From a virus (lineage: Duplodnaviria > Caudoviricetes), in the IMG/VR virus record IMGVR_UViG_3300039189_000053, positions 2,012 to 66,011 of that record: 64,000 bases of DNA; one strand, written 5' to 3'. Below are positions 57,230 to 64,000 of the stretch, piece by piece. Position 1 is the stretch's first letter. Every line of letters starts with the position of its first letter. The notes below the pieces were generated by a model. It was given only the letters and a program-made list of their open reading frames with translations. It was not told the DNA's origin and did not search any database. The translations under genes were made by a program, and so were the position numbers.

Positions 57230-57454
57230 ATGGCAATATCCATTCCTGAAAAACACGACGCGTATAACCCAAATGATATTCGAGCAGGTGAAGCTGAAAT
57301 TAAATCACAGACGGTTCGCGGCCAAGTTCAATGGGAATTACCTGGTGGAGTTGTTACTACATCAAAACAGTATGCACAAGGATATGCTGAACGCTTAAAT
57401 AAACTCATTCAAGTAAACAAAAAACGATTCAATCGTTCACTTCTCTGGTCATAA
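57230..57454 (+). CDS. Hypothetical protein
   Basis: GGAG RBS after an AT-rich promoter-like spacer. Confidence 0.65.
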   Translation: MAISIPEKHDAYNPNDIRAGEAEIKSQTVRGQVQWELPGGVVTTSKQYAQGYAERLNKLIQVNKKRFNRSLLWS

Positions 57455-57518
57455 ATCCCCGCAATAAATAACGGCGCCCCTTACAATGAGCCAACTAACT
57501 TTTGTGGGGGGCTCCGCC

Positions 57519-57839
57519 ATGTCATTTGATAAACCAGGATTCCTAGATCTGTTCGGTGCTTTCATTGTCAGCATCGTTTCAGGCTTTATCTCAATATCTC
57601 GACGGGTCGTTAACGGCCACGATTGGTCACTCATGTGGGTGATAAGCGAGTTCTTGACTGCCATTCTGTGCGGTTATCTCATGTTCACCGCCTACCCCCA
57701 AATATCGGACAGCTTGCCCAAGTGGTTCACGCTACCGATTGCCGTCGCTTTCTCAGCGCATGTGGGTGGCAAAGTCTTCCAAGAGGTAGAAAATGAATTG
57801 GTTAAACGTTATACCTCAATCTTTCATTCCAAAGACTGA
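57519..57839 (+). CDS. Putative holin (three TM segments, charged C-terminus)
   Basis: Hydropathy pattern; similar in layout to LydA-type holins. Confidence 0.65.
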   Translation: MSFDKPGFLDLFGAFIVSIVSGFISISRRVVNGHDWSLMWVISEFLTAILCGYLMFTAYPQISDSLPKWFTLPIAVAFSAHVGGKVFQEVENELVKRYTSIFHSKD

Positions 57840-57840
57840 G

Positions 57841-58008
57841 ATGGCACCGTTCGCTATCGTGGCTGGACGCGCGGAACAAGACTGGCGCCAAGGCCTGTCA
57901 ATCGACGAGAATCCCTATCCCCCAGGAACCGTCGACCACAAAATCTACCACGATACCTTTGATCTGTTGATCATCGAAGAAACCAAACGGGAACTGTCTG
58001 CCCCGTAA
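57841..58008 (+). CDS. Hypothetical protein
   Basis: G.S.DENPYPPGT pattern seen in small phage ORFs. Confidence 0.55.
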   Translation: MAPFAIVAGRAEQDWRQGLSIDENPYPPGTVDHKIYHDTFDLLIIEETKRELSAP

Positions 58009-58016
58009 GCAGACAG

Positions 58017-58399
58017 CATCGGAAAGAGCGCGGGCGTGAAAAACCGAACTCGGTCAGTGCAAGGGTAGGCACCCCTTCTCCAGCGTAATCCCGGATACGT
58101 GCATGTACGGCGGAAGGTCCGCTCTTTTTCCGATGGGGATACCCATCATTCAACTCACCCGTTCTGTAGGAGGGGCGGGATTGTTGTCTCAAGATCGGCC
58201 GGCTTCGGCCACATCAGCACTGGATCTATTCCGCTGCTGGGAGAAAGTCAGGATACTGCCCTGGCGCCGGTCACCTAAGTATTCAATCTATTGATGAGGG
58301 TTCTGGGATCTATAAGCGATAGTGAATTGGTCTCCATACCTCAAGGGGAACCAATCTTAAGTAAGAGGTTTCCTCCCAGAGCCTTCTTCAATAGATTGA
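58017..58399 (+). ncRNA. Cluster of structured ncRNA candidates
   Basis: Closing stems 58017-30/58120-35 and 58283-308/58374-99, the second with G-U pairs; many internal hairpins. Confidence 0.6.
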
Positions 58400-58410
58400 T
58401 CCAACCACAC

Positions 58411-58436
58411 ACCCGCTTCGGCGGGTTTTCTGTTTT
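58411..58436 (+). terminator. Intrinsic terminator
   Basis: ACCCGC-TTCG-GCGGGT-TTTCTGTTTT. Confidence 0.85.
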
Positions 58437-58449
58437 ATAAGGAGCTCAC

Positions 58450-59379
58450 ATGGAATTCGCTAAGTACCCAAGTCTTGAAAACGCTTACCGCGAGAAGTAC
58501 GTCAACGCCTGCCGAAACCTGGGTATCCGTGAGTGGGTAGCCACTGAGAAACTGGATGGCTCCAACTTCATGATGGCCAGTGACGGTCACGACCTCATGG
58601 TGGCCAGTCGCAATCAGGTTATTCCCCTAAGCCCGGAAGGTATTTATGAATTCCAGGGATGTACTCTTGTCGTCAACAGATATGCCTCTGACGTGATCCA
58701 GCTTGCCAAGCATATTGGTGCCACTGTTTATGTTTACGGGGAACTTTACGGTCAAGGTATTCAGCGTCGTATCAACTACGGTGACAAAGACTTTGCAGCC
58801 TTCGACATTATGACGGAGGACGGTACCTTCTTACCGTGGGATGAAATGGCAACACTGTGTGCTGCGTTTGAGCTGCCTATCGTTCCCGAACTGCGTCGTG
58901 GTTCGATTGAAAACCTACTGACTATGTCACCTGAGTTCAACAGCTACTTGAGTTCAGATCGCGCAGAAGGCTTCACGATCAAACCAGTCAGCTCTCAAGC
59001 TCGACTACCCACCGGAAGTCGTCCGGTCATCAAGTCCAAGAGCCAGGCCTTTAGTGAGATCAAGCCTAAGAGATCCAAGCAACCCACGACACTAGGTGCT
59101 GTTGAAGCGCAAGCCTTGGAGGACTTCACCGGCTACCTCACGGAGAACCGCCTGCATAACGTCCTGAGCAAAGAGACTGCTATCAAGCAGTCTGACTTCG
59201 GGCGAATCACCGGACTGCTGATCCAGGATGCCCTGACAGAGTTCACACGTGACGCCTACCTTATTGACAAGGACACCTGGAAAGTCATCAAGAAACCTGT
59301 TGGCGCTGAGGCCAGTAAGGTCATCCGGGCGCAGTGGTTGAACATCCTTGACTCTTTTACCAATGAGGTACCTGCATGA
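58450..59379 (+). CDS. RNA ligase, Rnl2 family
   Basis: F.KYPSLEN, ATEKLDGSNF, GELYG, FAAFDI, EGFTIKP, IKSK..FSE and C-terminal RL.NVLSK. Confidence 0.92.
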   Translation: MEFAKYPSLENAYREKYVNACRNLGIREWVATEKLDGSNFMMASDGHDLMVASRNQVIPLSPEGIYEFQGCTLVVNRYASDVIQLAKHIGATVYVYGELYGQGIQRRINYGDKDFAAFDIMTEDGTFLPWDEMATLCAAFELPIVPELRRGSIENLLTMSPEFNSYLSSDRAEGFTIKPVSSQARLPTGSRPVIKSKSQAFSEIKPKRSKQPTTLGAVEAQALEDFTGYLTENRLHNVLSKETAIKQSDFGRITGLLIQDALTEFTRDAYLIDKDTWKVIKKPVGAEASKVIRAQWLNILDSFTNEVPA

Positions 59380-59558
59380 GTAACCCAAACGATGTATTCA
59401 CCGTGGCTCTAAGCCGCAGCCAGATCAATGAAATTCTGGCCCACACCAATGTGGTCAATCCACCGCCTGGACTCCAGGAAGGTCGCAATGTTTTGCGACG
59501 TGCCGTTCGTGAGCCGACCGCGGTCAATGACCCAGAACCCGTCAAGCAGAGGGCTTAA
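59376..59558 (+). CDS. Hypothetical protein
   Basis: GAGGT RBS; coupled ORF. Confidence 0.55.
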   Translation: MSNPNDVFTVALSRSQINEILAHTNVVNPPPGLQEGRNVLRRAVREPTAVNDPEPVKQRA

Positions 59559-59684
59559 TGGGCCGAGAAGAGAAGCTGAAGAAACAGCAAGCCACCAACG
59601 TCCGTGAACAGATCCTACGCCAGTTCAGCGTCAGCAGTGTTGCCGGATTGTTGAGCAACGAACCCACCGACCAGGGGGCCAGCA

Positions 59685-60116
59685 ATGCCTAAGTCACGCG
59701 CTATCAGGGCAGATACAATCAACCGTCACCTGAAGGCCTACAAAGACTTGAGAGAGCAGCTCAGTGTTGACCCAAAAATCAACAACAAGGCTTTTACCCA
59801 AAAGCATCGGGTGTCTGCAGGCTTTATTGGAGAGCTTTGCCGTGAGGAGTATTTATCCCACATCGGCGTTTCCGCTTACTCACCCACCAACAAGATACTC
59901 ACCGCTGACGGTCTGAGGGACTTGTTGCGAAAGCGGGAAGGTAAACGCCATCTCGATCCGAACCGGACGTCAAATGACCCGGGGCCGTCTGAAGATCCGA
60001 AAGCGATCGCTGAACAGATTCGCCCCAGTGCCTTTGTACCCTTGGCTGATTACGAGGCTTTGGAGCGCCGTGTATCCGCACTGGAACAACTGATCATTCG
60101 TAAAGGAGTGGCATGA
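59685..60116 (+). CDS. Hypothetical protein
   Basis: Coupled ORF with a C-terminal coiled coil. Confidence 0.65.
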   Translation: MPKSRAIRADTINRHLKAYKDLREQLSVDPKINNKAFTQKHRVSAGFIGELCREEYLSHIGVSAYSPTNKILTADGLRDLLRKREGKRHLDPNRTSNDPGPSEDPKAIAEQIRPSAFVPLADYEALERRVSALEQLIIRKGVA

Positions 60117-60204
60117 CACTGGGTCTGGACGCCGATCCCATTCGCATCAAGTAACCAATAAACGGTAGCCGGGGGAAAACCTCGACTTCCATCAGGAGAA
60201 TGCT

Positions 60205-60597
60205 ATGACTGTTTCATCCGACGAGTTCGATAACGATTTCCGGGGACCACTGTACGAGCTTCGTGACAAGCTCTATGACGACATTCCTTCTGATCAGCAG
60301 GTAGAGGACTTCCGGACCGGTCTGAATAATCTCATTGGCCTGGCAGACGATTACCGTGTTGAGCTTCTGGATCAAGAAGACAAGGCCGAGAAATATTTCA
60401 ACGCCCGCCCCGCGCCCGCTGATCAGGGCGACACATGCACATGGGAGCTGGACCACGGCGATTCCGCTTGGGCGGGAAAGTGCGGTATCTACTGGTCTTT
60501 TATTGATGATGGGCCACAGGAAAACGGGGTTAAGTTTTGCCCAAAATGCGGCAAGTCGTGCGTTTTTGTTGAGACGAACCAGGAGCAAGATCAATGA
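60205..60597 (+). CDS. Hypothetical protein with C-terminal Zn ribbon
   Basis: AGGAG RBS; CTW...W...CG...FCPKCGK. Confidence 0.75.
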   Translation: MTVSSDEFDNDFRGPLYELRDKLYDDIPSDQQVEDFRTGLNNLIGLADDYRVELLDQEDKAEKYFNARPAPADQGDTCTWELDHGDSAWAGKCGIYWSFIDDGPQENGVKFCPKCGKSCVFVETNQEQDQ

Positions 60598-61058
60598 ATA
60601 AACTTTACGCAGAACGCGACATTATTGAGCAAGGCGACTACTACTCTCGTCATACGTCAGCCATGACAGGTGAAGACCTTCACAGTAAATCAGACATTGC
60701 TGCTGAACTGGCTCACCGGGATATTGAAATTGATAAGCTAAAGGCGAGAGTGGCTGCACAGCAGTCGGCTCTTAACTCAATATGCACGTGCTCATGGGGG
60801 GCGGCGGAGTTTTTTGACGTAGGGAAGGCCGCAAGTTGGATGCAGAAAATTGCTTATGATGCACTTGACGAAGTTCCGTCAACCGAAGCCTTCATTCTGC
60901 GGAAGCAGGGAGCTGCAGTAGAATCTGAAATTGTAAATTTGTGTAGTGAGCTTAGAAAATCAGGATATAGCGGTATCAGTGTAAAAGAACTTTTGCACGA
61001 ATCCATAAGCAGATCTTCAAGAATTATAAACGAAGCTAAAAAGTTTGATGACCAATGA
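60594..61058 (+). CDS. Hypothetical protein of the temperate-phage accessory type
   Basis: YAERDI...YY.RH.SAMT.E.LHSKSDIAAELAHRD. Confidence 0.75.
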   Translation: MNKLYAERDIIEQGDYYSRHTSAMTGEDLHSKSDIAAELAHRDIEIDKLKARVAAQQSALNSICTCSWGAAEFFDVGKAASWMQKIAYDALDEVPSTEAFILRKQGAAVESEIVNLCSELRKSGYSGISVKELLHESISRSSRIINEAKKFDDQ

Positions 61059-61180
61059 GCAAACGAGCTTGGTATCGCTGCAACGAACGTAAAGCCAAAT
61101 CCTTAATAGAGCAGGGAATAAAAGTACGGCTTGAAAATGGGGTTTGGTATTACAAACGAAGAGTAGTTCAACGAAATTGA
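61055..61180 (+). CDS. Small basic protein (41 aa)
   Basis: ATGA-coupled; MSKRAWYRCNERKAKSLIEQGIKVRLENGVWYYKRRVVQRN. Confidence 0.55.
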   Translation: MSKRAWYRCNERKAKSLIEQGIKVRLENGVWYYKRRVVQRN

Positions 61181-61220
61181 TACAAGGCAACTCATTTGGC
61201 CTTAACAAGTGAGCACTGAT

Positions 61221-61334
61221 TAGGATTCTGAGTTGTGCGTGAGGGTTAATCGCCAACGAGAGTCGGCATAGGCTGATTACCTAGCTGAACCACAACAGGT
61301 ACATTAGCAGGGTTCAATTCCCGCCAGAGTCCTA
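61221..61334 (+). ncRNA. tRNA-like structured RNA (acceptor-like stem plus T-arm, no CCA)
   Basis: TAGGATTCTG/CAGAGTCCTA stem abutting GCAGGG-TTCAATT-CCCGC. Confidence 0.55.
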
Positions 61335-61337
61335 TTC

Positions 61338-61482
61338 AGTGTGGTGAGGGTGCTATTAAGCACATATTGATACCTCGTATCAGAGGGTTAAATTTCGCAA
61401 ACACACTCAACTGATGTTTTAAAGGTGCAACCTTTCGGGCGATGTCACCATAAACACTGGCTGGAATGCTAGTCACCACACT
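61338..61482 (+). ncRNA. Multibranch structured RNA candidate
   Basis: Perfect 10-bp closing stem AGTGTGGTGA/TCACCACACT enclosing 5-6 hairpins. Confidence 0.55.
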
Positions 61483-61506
61483 CCTAATTTTATAAAGGAA
61501 CAAACC

Positions 61507-62064
61507 ATGAGTTATGTATTCCCAAGCGATCAAGACCGTGCTGACGACGATCAGCTTAATGAAGCATGTGAACGTATTGAAGAGTTAATGGATCAACTGG
61601 TCAGCCGCCAGGGGGTTGAGGGTGAGCCGGTGGCGGTAGTTGATCGAGTCGGAATCATGCAGCGGCTTTCCCCATACACCAATCTGCCAGAAGGCACAAA
61701 GCTTTACACCCACCCTGCCAGCCGCCAGGCGCTTGAGGGTAAGCCGTTTACGTGGGTTTTCACGGATGTTAACGGTGAGGCCAAGGAAATTGCAGGCGAC
61801 CCAGTACATAGAAGCCCGCAAGACTTGAGGATATACACGGCGCTCTACACCCACCCTGCAAGCGCCGATAAGCAGGCTGTGAGTGTGCCGGATGGCCGAT
61901 CAAATGAGTGGCTGAAAACCCTTGACCGCTGGATTGACTTGATGGATCGCTTGGAGGGGGAGCCAATAAACACTTCAGTGCAGCGAGAAATTTATCGAGT
62001 TAAAACAGAGGTAATGCGTTACCGCAAACATAAAGTAGCGCCAAAGCAGGAGCAAGACCAATGA
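61507..62064 (+). CDS. Modular hypothetical protein with internal repeats
   Basis: AAGGA RBS; two copies each of SRQxxEGxP and LYTHPAS. Confidence 0.7.
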   Translation: MSYVFPSDQDRADDDQLNEACERIEELMDQLVSRQGVEGEPVAVVDRVGIMQRLSPYTNLPEGTKLYTHPASRQALEGKPFTWVFTDVNGEAKEIAGDPVHRSPQDLRIYTALYTHPASADKQAVSVPDGRSNEWLKTLDRWIDLMDRLEGEPINTSVQREIYRVKTEVMRYRKHKVAPKQEQDQ

Positions 62065-62291
62065 ATAAAGACGTTATTAACCCTGCCTATGTGCAGATCA
62101 GCAAAAAACAAGCTGCGTCTATTCTCGGCTTCAGCGAACGGGAACTAGATAACCGCCGCAAGAATGACAAACGCTGTCCCAAAGGCTTCAAGGAATACGA
62201 CACTCGCTCATCGCCGGTGCGTTTCCGTCTGTCCGACATTTACACGTACAGTGAAGCCATTATGAACGACGCCATGGAAGCGACAGGCTAG
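62061..62291 (+). CDS. xis: Excisionase / AlpA-like recombination directionality factor
   Basis: ISKKQAASILGFSERELDNRRK...PKG...VRFRLSDI winged HTH; convergent with the integrase. Confidence 0.8.
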   Translation: MNKDVINPAYVQISKKQAASILGFSERELDNRRKNDKRCPKGFKEYDTRSSPVRFRLSDIYTYSEAIMNDAMEATG

Positions 62292-63478
62292 GATTTCTCC
62301 AGCTTGTCCAGGTAGTCCGCATACCATTGCATCATCTTTTTCCGCTGCTCCAGGTAGACAGCCTTGTTGTATACCCCGGCCACACCCTGCACTTTATGCG
62401 CCAACTGAGCCTCGATCACATGGTGGTCCCAGCCATGTTCGTGCAGCAACGTAGAGGCCGTGTGCCGGCAACCATGGCCCACCAGCTTGTCTCTGTATCC
62501 CACAGACTGCAGGGCCTTATTGATGGCCACTTCGCTGATCACAGCGTTCTGCCCGCTGCCGGGGAAAACATACTGGTTCAAGCCAGTACGCTCATGGAGC
62601 TTGCGGAGTTCTTCAACCGTTTGCTGAGCCAGAGGAACAACATGGGCTACCCGTGTTTTCATCTTTGGCGCCGGTATCGTCCACACTCCATTGTCCAAAT
62701 CCATCTCCGACCATTCGGCCCTACGGGCCGAGCCTGGCCGGGATGCCGTTCTTAACACCAACCGAACCAGTGTCAGAGTGATGATGGTTCCTCTTGAACG
62801 CCGCAGGGCCTTCAGGAAAGCCGGTAGCTCGTCTTCCAATAGATGAGGGTACTGTTTTTCTTTAATGCCTTCCTGAGCGATCTGACGCAGTTCACTGGCT
62901 GGATTCAATTCCAACAGGCCTTGGCCAATGGCCAGTGAGAATATCTGTGTCAGCCATCGCCGTATCTTGGCCGCAATTACATACGAGCCACGCGCCTCAA
63001 GGTTCGCCTGGATCTTGGCACAGTCGGCCCGGGTGATCTGTTTCAGTCCCAGGTCACCAAGCACTGGGTAAATGTCTTTTTCCAAGTAGCCTTTGTACTG
63101 CTTCAGGCTCCCGTGTGACCGGCCGGCCACAACTTTGCGCCGATACCAGTCATCCCCTACGGTGCGGAACAACACATCGTCACTGGCGGGGTTGTTTGCC
63201 GGTTTGGCTATGTCTACCCCATTGGACAAGTCTTTCAGTATCTGGTGTGCCTTCTCTCGCGCTATTTTGCCGGATACTGACGGGAAGCCACCCAGGCCTT
63301 TCCAGGCCCAAGAACCGTTGGGTCGTTTGTATCGCAGCATCCATGACTTGGTGCCGTTGGGCTTCACGCGGAAATACAGGTTAGGGCTGTCTTTCTCCTG
63401 ATACTCCTTAGCGTCAGGCTCAAGGTTCGTCAGAACGCTGTCTGCGAGCGGCCTGCGCTTGATTTGAGATCGTTTCAT
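62288..63478 (-). CDS. int: Tyrosine recombinase integrase (P4-like, with arm-binding domain)
   Basis: N-terminal LYFRVKPNGTKSW; catalytic R (TASRP), K (MKTR), HGCRH, H (QLAH) and Y (GVYN). Confidence 0.96.
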   Translation of the reverse strand: MKRSQIKRRPLADSVLTNLEPDAKEYQEKDSPNLYFRVKPNGTKSWMLRYKRPNGSWAWKGLGGFPSVSGKIAREKAHQILKDLSNGVDIAKPANNPASDDVLFRTVGDDWYRRKVVAGRSHGSLKQYKGYLEKDIYPVLGDLGLKQITRADCAKIQANLEARGSYVIAAKIRRWLTQIFSLAIGQGLLELNPASELRQIAQEGIKEKQYPHLLEDELPAFLKALRRSRGTIITLTLVRLVLRTASRPGSARRAEWSEMDLDNGVWTIPAPKMKTRVAHVVPLAQQTVEELRKLHERTGLNQYVFPGSGQNAVISEVAINKALQSVGYRDKLVGHGCRHTASTLLHEHGWDHHVIEAQLAHKVQGVAGVYNKAVYLEQRKKMMQWYADYLDKLEKS

Positions 63479-63722
63479 GTCTACCTCCCGTGTCTACCGC
63501 GCCAATGATACAAGCAGGTAGACAAGGAATGCACGTATAACCTTTCCAATGATTGCGGAAGACTGCTAAAGAAATTCTCAGAAACTCAGTGTTTATGCGG
63601 CTCTGTGGGAAAGATTGCGGAAGATTACAAATCGAAATGGTGCCCGGGGCCGGATCTAAACTCCCTGTAACCGTGCGGTCTGTAGCGGGTATCACGCCCA
63701 GGTAGACAAGCAGGTATACAAG
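63478..63722. other. attP-like site: tRNA-Leu 3'-end core (63638-63654) with arm-type repeats on both sides
   Basis: Minus strand TCCGGCCCCGGGCACCA; GGTAGACA repeats at 63478 and 63491 (inverted), 63515 and 63699, plus a variant at 63711. Confidence 0.8.
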
Positions 63723-63754
63723 AAAACCGATGCTGCTACGGCGTTTGTACACAC

Positions 63755-63782
63755 AAAAAAGCCCACTCAGTGGTGGGCTTTT
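63755..63782. terminator. Bidirectional terminator
   Basis: AAAAAAGCCCAC-TCAGTG-GTGGGCTTTT. Confidence 0.8.
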
Positions 63783-63809
63783 CTAATTTAAGTGGGGGTG
63801 CTCCCGAGG

Positions 63810-63998
63810 TCAACCAGGGCCGGAAGGATCACTTCCAGCTATCACCATCTCTGTTGCTGCATCGACACCGTCCTCAATAGGAACGCCCCGGTTCAACAGT
63901 ATCTGCGTTTGACGGTCAATCATAGCCATATCCTCGGCATTGGCAATCGCTTTGATATTCTCCCATGTCTTCGCACAACACCAGAGTTTCAGTGTGGT
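63810..63998 (-). CDS. 3' end of a late-strand gene (partial)
   Basis: Only minus-strand frame open from the edge; stops just before the terminator. Confidence 0.4.
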   Translation of the reverse strand, partial: TTLKLWCCAKTWENIKAIANAEDMAMIDRQTQILLNRGVPIEDGVDAATEMVIAGSDPSGPG

Positions 63999-64000
63999 AC

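Noticed and set aside
58197-58272. HDV-like / theta ribozyme (GGCCGGC...CTGGCGCCGGT resembles HDV P1/P3)
   Set aside because: Lacks the L3 UCC and post-P1 GG needed for P1.1, and has no recognisable J4/2.
58103-58294. 63-aa ORF across the structured region, and 3913-4445 ORFs across the hairpin region
   Set aside because: No good start or RBS and atypical composition; the base-pairing patterns explain the sequence better.
58283-58399. Retron msr-msd (terminal inverted repeats)
   Set aside because: No reverse transcriptase in the window.
63638-63654. tRNA-Leu gene
   Set aside because: Only the 3' 17 nt match; the T-loop and 5' part are absent, so it is an att core.

Overview
The window is most of a circularly permuted N4-like phage genome (Schitoviridae-type). 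It carries all the N4 hallmarks: a 3378-aa virion RNA polymerase, two-subunit RNAP II, a gp2-like activator, family A DNA polymerase, primase, SSB, portal, major capsid protein and large terminase. Early and middle genes lie on +, and late structural genes lie on -. The probable genome termini lie near 37.6-37.9 kb, and a tail-fibre gene runs off the left edge. Unusually for this mostly lytic group, it also encodes a tyrosine integrase, an excisionase and an apparently intact attP whose core matches a tRNA-Leu 3' end. The most interesting observations are: (1) the DNA polymerase is split by an HNH endonuclease, each half has its own RBS, and the halves carry extensions that resemble a catalytically dead intein fragment; (2) two clusters of highly structured non-coding RNA candidates, one directly upstream of an Rnl2-type RNA ligase and one with a tRNA-like acceptor/T-arm; (3) two classes of hairpin promoter-like motifs; (4) an origin-like region of opposed GCGTAGC hairpins that contains a fossil class II RNR C-terminus. 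Product calls come from recognising motifs and gene order by eye; no database searches were run.
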